A stretch of 64,000 nt of DNA from Eledone cirrhosa (Eukaryota): contig OZ024764.1 of assembly GCA_964016885.1 (NCBI GenBank), positions 4,588,001 through 4,652,000 on the forward strand. Direction: 5' to 3'. Positions 50,990-64,000 of the stretch are shown one piece after another (the first letter of the stretch is position 1; each line of letters starts with the position of its first letter). The position numbers were made by a program, and so were the translations under genes. The notes under the pieces are model-generated. The model did not search any database, was not told the origin of the DNA, and saw nothing but the letters and a program-made list of their open reading frames with translations.

Positions 50990-52085
50990 GTAGTAGTATT
51001 GTGTAGAGTTGTAGTGTAGTGTAGGTGGAGTGTAGTGCAGGTGGAGTGTAGTGTTGTGTAGGTGGAGTGTGGTGTAGTGCAGGTGGAGTTGTGGTGTAGT
51101 GTAGTGCAGGTGGAGTGTGGTGTAGTATAGTGCAGGTGGAGTTGTAGTGTAGTGCAGGTGGAGTTGAGTTGTGGTGTAGTGTAGTATAGTGTAGGTGGAG
51201 TGTGGTGTAGTGTAGTATAGTGCAGGTGGAGTGTGGTGTAGTGTAGTATAGTGCAGGTGGAGTGTGGTGTGGGGTAGTGTAGTGCAGGTGGAGTTGTGGT
51301 GTAGTGTAGTATAGTGTAGGTGGAGTGTGGTGTAGTGTAGTATAGTGCAGGTGGAGCGTGGTGTGGGGTAGTGTAGTGCAGGTGGATTGTGGTGTAGTGT
51401 AGTATAGTGTAGGTGGAGTGTGGTGTGGTGTAGTGAAGGTGGAGTTGCGGTGTAATATAGTGCAGGTGGAGTGTGGTGTAGTGTAGTGCAGGTGGAGTTG
51501 CAGTGTAGTGTAGTGCAGGTGGAGTGTGGTGTAGTGTAGTGCAGGTGGAGTGTAGTATAGTGCAGGTGGAGTGTGGTGTAGTGTAGTGCAGGTGGAGTGT
51601 GGTGTAGTGCAGGTGGAGTGTGGTGTAGTGTAGTATAGTGCAGGTGGAGCGTGGTGTGGTGTAGTGCAGGTGGAGTGTGGGGTAGTGTAGTGCAGGTGGA
51701 TTGCGGTGTAGTGTAGTATAGTGTAGGTGGAGTGTGGTGTGGTGTAGTGAAGGTGGAGTTGCGGTGTAATATAGTGCAGGTGGAGTGTGGTGTAGTGTAG
51801 TGCAGGTGGAGTTGCAGTGTAGTGTAGTGTAGTGCAGGTGGAGTGTGGTGTAGTGTAGTGCAGGTGGAGTGTGGTGTAGTGTAGTGCAGGTGGAGTTGCA
51901 GTGTAGTATAGTGTAGTGCAGGTGGAGTGTGGTGTAGTGTAGTGCAGGTGGAGTGTAGTGCAGGTGGAGTTGCAGTGTAGTGTAGTGTAGTGCAGGTGGA
52001 GTGTGGTGTAGTGTAGTGCAGGTGGAGTGTGGTGTAGTGTAGTGCAGGTGGAGTGTGGTGTAGTGTAGTGCAGGTGGAGCGTGGT
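50990..52085. repeat. GTGTA / GTGCAGGTGGA degenerate repeat
   Basis: Seen directly. Confidence 0.9.
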
Positions 52086-52207
52086 ATATGTGTATATGTC
52101 CATAGGTTGAGAAGCTGGAAGTGGTATACAATGTATATATAGTATTATGTATGTATGTATGTATGTGTATAATATATATATAGTATGTATACAATGTATG
52201 TATGTAT

Positions 52208-52239
<32 letters not shown>

Positions 52240-52503
52240 TTTCTGTGTCATGTCCATAGGTTGAGAAGCTGGAAGTGGTATACAATGTATATATAGTATT
52301 ATGTATGTATGTGTATAATATATATATAGTATGTATACAATGTATGTATGTATGTATGTGTGTATATATATATATATATATTTTCTGTGTCATGTCCATA
52401 GGTTGAGAAGCTGGAAGTGGTATACAATGTATATATAGTATTATGTATGTATGTATGTATGTGTATAATATATATATAGTATGTATACAATGTATGTATG
52501 TAT

Positions 52504-52535
<32 letters not shown>

Positions 52536-52658
52536 TTTCTGTGTCATGTCCATAGGTTGAGAAGCTGGAAGTGGTATACAATGTATATATAGTATGTATG
52601 TATGTATGTATGTATGTGTATAATATATATATAGTATGTATACAATGTATGTATGTAT

Positions 52659-52690
<32 letters not shown>

Positions 52691-53759
52691 TTTCTGTGTC
52701 ATGTCCATAGGTTGAGAAGCTGGAAGTGGTATACAATGTATATATAGTATTATGTATGTATGTATGTATGTATGTATGTGTATAATATATATATAGTATG
52801 TATACAATGTATGTATGTATGTATGTGTGTATATATATATATATATATATTTTCTGTGTCATGTCCATAGGTTGAGAAGCTGGAAGTGGTATACAATGTA
52901 TATATAGTATTATGTATGTATGTATGTATGTATGTGTATAATATATATATAGTATGTATACAATGTATGTATGTATGTATGTGTGTATATATATATATAT
53001 ATATATTTTCTGTGTCATGTCCCTAGGTTGAGAAGCTGGAAGTGGTATACAATGTATATATAGTATGTATGTATGTATGTATGTATGTATGTGTATAATA
53101 TATATATAGTATGTATACAATGTATGTATGTATGTATGTGTGTATATATATATATATATATATTTTCTGTGTCATGTCCCTAGGTTGAGAAGCTGGAAGT
53201 GGTATACAATGTATATATAGTATTATGTATGTATGTATGTATGTATGTGTATAATATATATATAGTATGTATACAATGTATGTATGTATGTATGTGTGTA
53301 TGTATATATATATATATATATATTTTCTGTGTCATGTCCATAGGTTGAGAAGCTGGAAGTGGTATACAATGTATATATAGTATTATGTATGTATGTATGT
53401 ATGTGTATAATATATATATAGTATGTATACAATGTATGTATGTATGTATGTGTGTATATATATATATATATATATTTTCTGTGTCATGTCCATAGGTTGA
53501 GAAGCTGGAAGTGGTATACAATGTATATATAGTATGTATGTATGTATGTATGTATGTATGTGTATAATATATATATAGTATGTATACAATGTATGTATGT
53601 ATGTGTGTATATATATATATATATATATTTTCTGTGTCATGTCCCTAGGTTGAGAAGCTGGAAGTGGTATACAATGTATATATAGTATGTATGTATGTAT
53701 GTATGTATGTATGTATGTGTATAATATATATATAGTATGTATACAATGTATGTATGTAT

Positions 53760-53795
<36 letters not shown>

Positions 53796-53985
53796 TTTCT
53801 GTGTCATGTCCCTAGGTTGAGAAGCTGGAAGTGGTATACAATGTATATATAGTATTATGTATGTATGTATGTGTATAATATATATATAGTATGTATACAA
53901 TGTATGTATGTATGTATGTGTGTGTATATATATATATATATATATTTTCTGTGTCATGTCCCTAGGTTGAGAAGCTGGAAGTGGT
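52081..53985 (+). repeat. ~142-167-bp tandem repeat containing the AFG3L2 acceptor and the first 20 exon nt (13 copies)
   Basis: atgtcc(a/c)tag|GTTGAGAAGCTGGAAGTGGT, with AG ending at 52105, 52259, 52401, 52555, 52710, 52870, 53026, 53183, 53343, 53495, 53648, 53815, 53965. Confidence 0.93.
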
Positions 53986-54040
53986 CAACAAGAAGTGGGT
54001 CCGAGTAAAGATGATGCCAGGATCTCAGGTGGACAGTTCT
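53966..54040 (+). CDS. AFG3L2: AFG3L2 exon
   Basis: tag|GTTGAG...AGTTCT|gtaagt, 75 nt, phase 0/0. Encodes VEKLEVVNKKWVRVKMMPGSQVDSS (compare vertebrate VDRLEVVNKRFVRV). Confidence 0.93.
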
Positions 54041-54098
54041 GTAAGTATGGTACTGCAACACTTAGAACCCTTCTTGTTGTTGGGTCAAACCCCAACGG

Positions 54099-54722
54099 GT
54101 GTCACTCTATACCTTGAGTGTGACTCTATACCTTGAGTGTGACTCTATACCTTGAGGGTGACTCTATACCTTGAGGGTGACTCTGTACCTTGAGGGTGAC
54201 TCTATACCTTGAGTGTGACTCTATACCTTGAGGGTGACTCTATACCTTGAGGGTGACTCTATACCTTGAGTGTGACTCTATACCTTGAGTGTGACTCTAT
54301 ACCTTGAGTGTGACTCTATACCTTGAGTGTGACTCTATACCTTGAGGGTGACTCTATACCTTGAGGGTGACTCTATACCTTGAGGGTGACTCTATACCTT
54401 GAGTGTGACTCTGTACCTTGAGGGTGACTCTGTACCTTGAGTGTCACTCTATACCTTGAGTGTGACTCTATACCTTGGGTGTGACTCTATACCTTGAGGG
54501 TGACTCTACACCTTGAGGGTGCCTCTACACCTTGAGGGTGCCTCTCTACCTTGAGGGTGCCTCTATACCTTGAGTGTCACTCTATGCCTTGAGTGTCACT
54601 CTATACCTTGAGTGTCACTCTATACCTTGAGTGTCACTATACCTTGAGTGTCACTATACCTTGAGTGTCACTCTATACCTTGAGGGTCACTCTATATCTT
54701 GAGGGTCACTCTATATCAAGGA
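54099..54722. repeat. 19-bp minisatellite
   Basis: gtgactctataccttgagt / gtgactctataccttgagg. Confidence 0.93.
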
Positions 54723-54723
54723 T

Positions 54724-55170
54724 GTGCGACCTCACACAAGGTAGGGGTGACAGGAGGGTGTGACCTCCCACAATTTGGGGGTGACAGGAGGGTGTGACCT
54801 CACATGAGGTGGGGGTGACAGGAGGGTGTGACCTCCCACAATGTGGGGGTGACAGGAAGGTGTGACCTCCCACAATGTGGGGGTGACAGGAGGGTGTGAC
54901 CTCCCACAAGGTAGGGGTGACAGGAAGGTGTGACCTCCCACAATGTGGGGGTGACAGGAGGGTGTGACCTCCCACAATGTGGGGGTGACAGGAGGGTGTG
55001 ACCTCACATGAGGTGGGGGTGACTGGAGAGTGTGACCTCATACAAGGTGTGGGTGACTGGAGAGTGTGACCTCATACAAGGTGTGGGTGACTGGAGAGTG
55101 TGACCTCATACAAGGTGGGGGTGACTAGGAGGGTGTGACCTCATACAAGGTGCGGGTGACTAGGAGGGTG
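54724..55170. repeat. 34-bp minisatellite
   Basis: gtgacctcccacaatgtgggggtgacaggagggt. Confidence 0.9.
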
Positions 55171-56296
55171 TTGACCCTTTAATGTTCAAACTGGCCAAAA
55201 CCGGCCAGAATTCTCTACCTCTTTCTGTTGAAACTGGCTGTAACTGGTCGCTCAAACTGATGTTAAGGTATTGTTCTCAAAATAAATACTTTCAAAATCT
55301 CATAGATTCGATATTATGTGAGGTAAAGCCTTTACTGTGAAAATACAATAGTATATATAGAGTAATGTAGATGTTATGTGAGATATTATGTGAGGTAAAG
55401 CCTTTACTGTGAAAATACAATAGTATATATAGAGTAATGTAAATGTTATGTGAGATATTATGTGAGGTAAAGTCTTTACTGTGAAAATATAATAGTATAT
55501 ATAGAGTAATGTAAATGTTATGTGAGATATTATGTGAGGTAAAGACTTTACTGTGAAAATACAATAGTATATATAGAGTAATGTAAATGTTATGTGAGAT
55601 ATTATGTGAGGTAAAGCCTTTACTGTGAAAATATAATAGTATATATAGAGTAATGTAAATGTTATGTGAGATATTATGTGAGGTAAAGCCTTTACTGTGA
55701 CAATACAATAGTATATATAGAGTAATGTAAATGTTATGTGAGATATTATGTGAGGTAAAGCCTTTACTGTGAAAATACAATAGTATATATAGAGTAATGT
55801 AAATGTTATGTGAGATATTATGTGAGGTAAAGTCTTTACTGTAAAAATACAATAGTATATATAGAGTAATGTAAATGTTATGTGAGATATTATGTGAGGT
55901 AAAGCCTTTACCGTGATAATATAATAGTATATATAGAGTAATGTAAATGTTATGTGAGGTAAAGCCTTTACTGTGACAATACAATAGTATATATAGAGTA
56001 ATGTAAATGTTATGTGAGGTAAAGCCTTTACTGTGAAAATACAATAGTATATATAGAGTAATGTAAATGTTATTGGAGATATTATGTGAGGTAAAGCCTT
56101 TACTGTGAAAATACAATAGATATATAGAGTAATGTAAATGTTATGTGAGATATTATGTGAGGTAAAGCCTTTACTGTGAAAATACAATAGTATATATAGA
56201 GTAATGTAAATGTTATGTGAGATATTATGTGAGGTAAAGCCTTTACTGTGAAAATATAATAGTATATATAGAGTAATGTAAATGCTAAAGGGTTAA
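55171..56296 (+). mobile_element. complete piggyBac-like MITE with internal 72-bp satellite (~14 units)
   Basis: ttga-CCCTTTAatgtt ... aatgcTAAAGGG-ttaa: CCCTTT terminal inverted repeats with a TTAA-type target site. Confidence 0.72.
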
Positions 56297-56713
56297 ATGA
56301 TAGACACGAGTCCTATCATATTGTTACAGCTTACATCTATATAGGGTTAGCAGACCTCCTTACAAGGCTGTCTCTCATTGGCGGTTTCGTGGCTGTTTTA
56401 ATGATAGGGACCCTAGTCCTAGCCTTAAAAGCAACGTGAAATGACGAACCTTGCTTAAGAAAACAATGATCCATTGAGGAATTGAAGCGAAGACCTTTTG
56501 TGAGTTTAACACACTAACCACTAGACCACACAACTTCACAATAGCTTCTTTTGTTGGCCTCAATGACTGAAGTAATGGGGGACAACACAGAGGGATTTAC
56601 ATTGAGGGGACATCACTGAAGTAAAAACAACAAGGACCCCAGTCATAAATAGAATTAATAATACATCTAGTAGGCACCTGTTAACCACTATACCACCACC
56701 CACCCACTTCTGC

Positions 56714-57181
56714 CACACTATAAAGTGGTCATGTAGGTGTCACAACAAACAACACCCAGTCTACACTGTAATGTGGTCATGTAGGTGACACAACAAAAAG
56801 TACCCAGTCCACACTGTAAAGTGGTCATGTAGGTGTCACAACAAAAAGTACCCAGTCCACACTGTAAAGTGGTCATGTAGGTGTCACAACAAAAAGTAGC
56901 CAGTCCACACTGTAAAGTGGTCATGTAGGTGTCATGTCAAAAAGCACCCAGTCCACCCTGTAAAGAGGTCGCGTAGGTGTCACAACAAAAGGCACCCAGT
57001 CCACACTGTCAAGTGGTCATGTAGGTGTCACAACAAAAGGCACCCAGTCCACACTGTAAAGTGGTCATGTAGGTGTCACAACAAAAAGCACCCAGTCCAC
57101 ACTGTAAAGTGGTCATGTAGGTGTCACAACAAAAAGCACCCAGTCCACACTGTAAAGTAGTCATGTAGGTGTCACAACAAA
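56714..57181. repeat. 48-bp minisatellite, ~10 copies, opposite orientation to 43277-44720
   Basis: cacactgtaaagtggtcatgtaggtgtcacaacaaaaagtacccagtc. Confidence 0.9.
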
Positions 57182-57469
57182 TATCTACCAAATTTCGTGG
57201 TTGATTTCGCTGTTGATTAAATATATTTTATAGCTTATTTAAAGATTCACTTCTTTAAAATTATCAAATGTCAATACTTCCGGTTAGCGGCCGTTATATT
57301 ATAACACTTATAATCGCATATATTTCCGTCGCTAATAATCTCCTGAATGTCGTCTTATTTAAATATATCATGGATTACTTTACTGATTACAGAAGACACT
57401 GTAACACAGTCTCTCTTCAATTTCTGTGTATATTGTCAATTACAATTTCATTTGATGTATTATATCTAC

Positions 57470-57792
57470 ATCATCATCATCTTCATCATCATCATTTTAC
57501 GTCCGCCCTTCCCTGCCTGCAAGGGTGGGACGGGAACTGATTCTGGCTTGATTTCTACAGCTGGATGCCCTTCCTAACACCAACCTCATTTACAGTGAGT
57601 GCTGGGTGCTTTTTTGCCGTGGCACCTCCACGACCACTTTGCAGTGGGCTGATAGGGACCCCAGTCCCTATCATCTCATTTCTACAGCTGAGTAAACTGG
57701 AGCAATGTGAAATAAAGTGTCTTGCTCAAGGAAACAACACATCACCCGGTCTGAGAATTGAACTCACAACCTTACGATTGCAAGGCCAATGC
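57470..57792 (-). mobile_element. tRNA-derived SINE
   Basis: Reverse complement of 3120-3430. Confidence 0.88.
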
Positions 57793-58019
57793 AATATGTA
57801 TATATACTTGTGTATAATATCAATATACACACTACACATGCTAGCAGAAAACTACGCGAAGAGGGGGATTTTCCTGCTAGTATTTCTAATTTAGGCGCAC
57901 GACCAACAATTTGGGGGAGGGGAAAGTTGATGTCCATGACCCGAGTGTATTACTGGGGTGATGGACATCACTGTGAAAGGGAGCCCACATCTATGTTGTT
58001 GTTGTTGTTGTTGTTACAG

Positions 58020-58144
58020 AGCATCATATGGTTTAACATTGGAAGTGTGGAGGCTTTTGAAAGGAACCTGGAAAACGCTCAGTTAGAGATGAATATTGAA
58101 CCTGCGAACTTTGTCAATGTTGTCTACAGGACAGAAACAGAATT
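58020..58144 (+). CDS. AFG3L2: AFG3L2 exon
   Basis: cag|AGCATC...GAATT|gtgagt, 125 nt, phase 0 to 2. Encodes SIIWFNIGSVEAFERNLENAQLEMNIEPANFVNVVYRTETE, including the WFNIGSVxxFERNL motif. Confidence 0.96.
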
Positions 58145-58159
58145 GTGAGTTTATAGCAC

Positions 58160-61100
58160 ACATCTACACTACTACACCACTACACTAGTACACCACTACA
58201 CCACTACACCTCTACACTACTACACCACTACACTAGTACTCTACTCCACTACTACACCACTACACCTCTACACCACTACACTACTACACCACTACACTAC
58301 TACACCTCTACACTACTACACCACTACACTACTACACCACTACACTACTACACCTCTACACTACTACACCACTACACCTCTACACTACTACACCTCTACA
58401 CTACTACACCTCTACACTACTATACCACTACACTACTACACCACTACACCACTACACCACTACACTACTACACCACTACACTACTACACTACTACACTAC
58501 TACACCACTACACCTCTACACTACTACACTACTACACCACTACACCACTACACTACTACACCACTACACTACTACACTACTACACTACTACACCACTACA
58601 CCTCTACACTACTACACTACTACACCACTACACCTCTACACTACTACACCTCTACACTACTACACCACTACACCACTACACCACTACACTACTACACCAC
58701 TACACTACTACACTACTACACCACTACACCACTACACTACTACACTACTACACCACTACACCACTACACTACTACACCACTACACTACTACACTACTACA
58801 CCTCTACACTACCACACCACCACACCACTACACCACTACACTACTACACTACTACACCTCTACACTACACCACTACACCACTACACCCCTACACTACTAC
58901 ACCACTACACCTCTACACTACTACACTACTACACCACTACACCACTACACTACTACACCACTACACTACTACACTACTACACTACTACACCACTACACTA
59001 CTACACCACTACACTACTACACTACTACACCACTACACCACTACACTACTACACTACTACACCACTACACCACTACACTACTACACCACTACACTACTAC
59101 ACTACTACACCACTACACCACTACACTACTACACTACTACACCACTACACTACTACACCACTACACTACTACACTACTACACTACTACACCACTACACTA
59201 CTACACCACTACACTACTACACTACTACACCACTACACTACTACACCACTACACTACTACACCACTACACCACTACACTACTACACCACTACACCACTAC
59301 ACTACTACACCACTACACTACTACACCACTACACTACTACACTTCTACACCTCTACACTACTACACCACTACACCTCTACACCACTACGCCACTACACCA
59401 CTACACTACTACACCTCTACACTACTACACCACTACACTACTACACCACTACACTACTACACCACTACACTACTACACTACTACACCACTACACCACTAC
59501 ACTACTACACCACTACGCCACTACACCACTACACTACTACACCTCTACACTACTACACTACTACACCACTACACCACTACACTACTACACCACTACACTA
59601 CTACACTACTACACTACTACACCACTACACTACTACACCACTACACTACTACACTACTACACCACTACACCTCTACACTACTACACCACTACACTACTAC
59701 ACTACTATACCACTACACTACTACACCACTACACTACTACACCACTACACTACTACACCACTACACTACTACACCACTACACTACTATACCACTACACTA
59801 CTATACCACTACACTACTACACCACTACACTACTACACCACTACACTACTACACCACTACACTACTACACCACTACACTACTATACCACTACACTACTAT
59901 ACCACTACACTACTATACCACTACACTACTACACCTCTACACTACTACACCACTACACCTCTACACCACTACGCCACTACACCACTACACTTCTACACCT
60001 CTACACCACTACACCTCTACACCACTACGCCACTACACCACTACACTACTACACTACTACACCACTACACTACTACACCACTACACTACTACACCACTAC
60101 ACTACTACACCTCTACACTACTACACCTCTACACTACTACACTACTACACTACTACACTACTACACCACTACACCACTACACTACTACACCACTACACCA
60201 CTACACCTCTACACTACTACACTACTACACTACTACACCACTACACCACTACACTACTACACTACTACACTACTACACCACTACACCACTACACTACTAC
60301 ACTACTACACTTCTACACCACTACACTACTACACCACTACACCACTACACTACTACACTACTACACTTCTACACCACTACACTACTACACCACTACACCA
60401 CTACACTACTACACTACTACACTACTACACCACTACACTACTACACCACTACACCACTACACCACTACACTACTACACTACTACACCTCTACACTACTAC
60501 ACCACTACACCACTACACTACTACACTACTACACCTCTACACCACTACACCACTACACCAGTACACCACTACACCAGTACACCACTACACCAGTACACCA
60601 CTACACTACTACACCACTACACCACTACACTACTACACTACTACACCTCTACACCACTACACCACTACACCAGTACACCACTACACTACTACACTTCTAC
60701 ACCACTACACTACTACACCACTACACCACTACACTACTACACCACTACACTACTACACTACTACACTACTACACCACTACACTACTACACTACTACACTA
60801 CTACACTTCTACACCACTACACTACTACACCACTACACCACTACACCACTACACTACTACACTACTACACTACTACACCACTACACCACTACACTACTAC
60901 ACTACTACACTACTACACTTCTACACCACTACACTACTACACCACTACACCACCACTACACTATTACACTACTACACCACTACACTACTACACCTCTACA
61001 CTACTACACCACTACACTACTACACTTCTACACTACTACACCTCTACACCTCTACACCACTACACTATTACACCACTACACTACTACACCTCTACACCAC

Positions 61101-61172
61101 TACACTACTACACCACTACGCCACTACACCACTACGCCACTACACCACTACACTACTACACCACACCACTAC
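58160..61172. repeat. 8-bp repeat (ctacacca/ctacacta)
   Basis: Seen directly. Confidence 0.95.
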
Positions 61173-61211
61173 ATCCTGTCTCCCCTGCACTACGCCACAC
61201 TACATTGCACT

Positions 61212-62285
61212 GCCACTACTACCACCACCACCAGCACTACCACCGGCACTACCACCACCACCACCACTACCACCACCACCACTACCACCACTACCACCAC
61301 CACTACTACCACCACCACCACTACCACCACTACCACCACCACCACCACAACACTACCACCACCACCACCACCACCACCACCACTACCACCACCACCACCA
61401 CCACTACCACCACCACTACCACCACCACCACCACTACCACCACTACCACCACCACCACTACCACCACCACCACTACCACCACCACCACAACACCACCACC
61501 ACCACCACAACACCACCACCACTACCACAACACCACCACCACCACCACCACCACCACCACCACTACCACCACCACCACCACCACCACTACCACCACCACC
61601 ACTACCACCACCACCACAACACCACCACCACCACCACAACACCACCACCACTACCACAACACCACCACCACTACCACAACACCACCACCACCACCACCAC
61701 CACCACTACCACCACCACCACCACCACCACAACACTACCACCACCACCACCACAACACTACCACCACCACTACCACCACCACCACCACCACCACCACTAC
61801 CACCACCACCACCACAACACTACCACCACCACTACCACCACCACCACCACTACCACCACTACCACCACCACCACTACCACCACCACCACTACCACCACCA
61901 CCACAACACCACCACCACCACCACAACACCACCACCACTACCACAACACCACCACCACCACCACCACCACCACCACCACTACCACCACCACCACCACCAC
62001 CACCACACCACCACCACCACTACCACCACCACTACCACCACCACCACCACCACCACCACTACCACCACCACCACCACTACCACCACCACCACCACCACCA
62101 CCACCACCACTACCACCACCACCACTACCACCACCACCACAACACCACCACCACCACCACACCACCACTAGCACCACCACCACCACAACACCACCACCAC
62201 CACCACTACCACCACCACCACCACTACCACCACCACCACTACCACCACCACCACTACCACCACCACCACAACACTACCACTACCT
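61212..62285. repeat. (CAC)n microsatellite
   Basis: Seen directly. Confidence 0.95.
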
Positions 62286-62302
62286 CTACTCCTCTTCCAC
62301 AG

Positions 62303-62390
62303 GTCATCTCTAGCCTACTCAGCCCTCAACATCATCCTACCTATCGCCATATTGGTCTGGATAATCAGAAGATCATCCAACTTACTTCAG
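62303..62390 (+). CDS. AFG3L2: AFG3L2 exon (TM2)
   Basis: cag|GTCATC...CTTCAG|gtttgt, phase 2 to 0. Encodes (L)SSLAYSALNIILPIAILVWIIRRSSNLLQ, a hydrophobic helix followed by IRR as in AFG3L2. The gene continues beyond the window. Confidence 0.85.
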
Positions 62391-62431
62391 GTTTGTCTTT
62401 TTTCTACATCACCTGGGGGGAGGGAGGGGGG

Positions 62432-62910
62432 ATCTTACCTCTAAGGTGGGGATGTACCCTACTTCTAAGGGGAGGAATGTACCTTACCTCTAAGGTGAGG
62501 AATGTACCCTACCCCTAAGGCGGGGGTATGTACCCTACCTCTAAGGGAAGGTATGTACCCTACTTCTAAGGGGGGGAATGTACCCTACCTCTAAGGTGAG
62601 GAATGTACCCTACCCCTAAGGCGGGGGTATGTACCCTACCTCTAAGGGAAGGTATGTACCCTACTTCTAAGGGGGGGAATGTACCCTACCTCTAAGAGGA
62701 GAAATGTACCCTACCCCTAAGAGGAGAAATGTACCCTACCCCTAAGGCAGGGGTATGTACCCTACCTCTAAGGTATGTACCCTACTTCTAAGGGGGGGAA
62801 TGTACCCTACCTCTAAGGTGAGGAATGTACCCTACCTCTAAGGGAAGGCATGTACCCTACCTCTAAGGTGGGGGATGTACCCTACCTCTAAGGGGAGGAA
62901 TGTACCCCTA
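62432..62910. repeat. ~25-bp minisatellite
   Basis: tgtaccctacctctaaggggaggaa variants. Confidence 0.88.
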
Positions 62911-62979
62911 TTTTCTTTCTACACCACTTGCTTTCTAAACAACCTTCCAAATATGTGACATAACTCTTAATGCCCTCAA

Positions 62980-64000
62980 CCACATGAGACCTCACTAGTA
63001 AGATACTGTTACCATATGGGACCTCACTAGTAAGATACTGTTACCACATGGGACCTCACTAGTAAGATACTGTTACCACATGAGACCTCACTAGTAAGAT
63101 ACTGTTACCTTATGGGACCTCACTAGTAAGATACTGTTACCACATGAGACCTCACTAGTAAGATACTGTTACCACATGAGACCTCACTAGTAAGATACTG
63201 TTACCACATGGGACCTCACTAGTAAGATACTGTTACCACATGGGACCTCACTAGTAAGATACTGTTACCACATGAGACCTCACTAGTAAGATACTGTTAC
63301 CACATGAGACCTCACTAGTAAGATACTGTTACCATATGGGACCTCACTAGTAAGATACTGTTACCACATGAGACCTCACTAGTAAGATACTGTTACCACA
63401 TGAGACCTCACTAGTAAGATACTGTTACCACATGAGACCTCACTAGTAAGATACTGTTACCACATGGGACCTCACTAGTAAGATACTGTTACCACATGGG
63501 ACCTCACTAGTAAGATACTGTTACCACATGGGACCTCACTAGTAAGATACTGTTACCACATGGGACCTCACTAGTAAGATACTGTTACCACATGAGACCT
63601 CACTAGTAAGATACTGTTACCACATGGGACCTCACTAGTAAGATACTGTTACCACATGGGACCTCACTAGTAAGATACTGTTACCACATGAGACCTCACT
63701 AGTAAGATACTGTTACCACATGGGACCTCACTAGTAAGATACTGTTACCACATGGGACCTCACTAGTAAGATACTGTTACCACATGGGACCTCACTAGTA
63801 AGATACTGTTACCACATGAGACCTCACTAGTAAGATACTGTTACCACATGAGACCTCACTAGTAAGATACTGTTACCACATGGGACCTCACTCGTAAGAT
63901 ACTGTTACCACATGGGACCTCACTAGTAAGATACTGTTACCACATGAGACCTCACTAGTAAGATACTGTTACCACATGGGACCTCACTAGTAAGATACTG
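62980..64000. repeat. 32-bp minisatellite, runs off the window end
   Basis: ccacatgagacctcactagtaagatactgtta. Confidence 0.95.

Noticed and set aside
52081-53985. CRISPR-like repeat/spacer appearance
   Set aside because: The 'spacers' are the same microsatellite-containing sequence, differing only in (TATG)n/(TA)n length.
61205-62300. His/Thr/Pro-rich ORF
   Set aside because: It is a (CAC)n microsatellite; the real exon at 62303 is in a different frame.

Overview
Eukaryotic, extremely repeat-rich genomic DNA. The SINE/LINE repertoire and (TA)n/(CA)n density suggest an octopod cephalopod (inference). It holds pieces of two + strand intron-containing genes: exons 2-4 of a fatty-acid-binding protein gene (13502-17515; exon 1 not found in the window) and six N-terminal coding exons of the mitochondrial m-AAA protease subunit AFG3L2 (40248-62390, continuing past the window). 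The rest is tRNA-derived SINEs, RTE, CR1/Jockey-like and Tx1-like LINE fragments, MITEs, microsatellites and about 25 minisatellite arrays. Almost all long ORFs in the track are artefacts of these repeats. Four unusual patterns stand out. (1) Two AFG3L2 exons are each preceded by a tandem array of copies of their own splice acceptor plus exon start (17 and 12 extra copies); the second set could form in-frame 18-nt microexons. (2) At least seven type-I hammerhead-ribozyme motifs, plus truncated or degenerate ones, lie in AT-rich dispersed elements, mostly inside long fold-back palindromes, and two copies show compensatory stem changes. (3) Many minisatellites were visibly amplified in place from LINE/SINE segments or junctions bounded by microhomology. 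(4) A piggyBac-like MITE carries an internal 72-bp satellite. There is one 200-N assembly gap.
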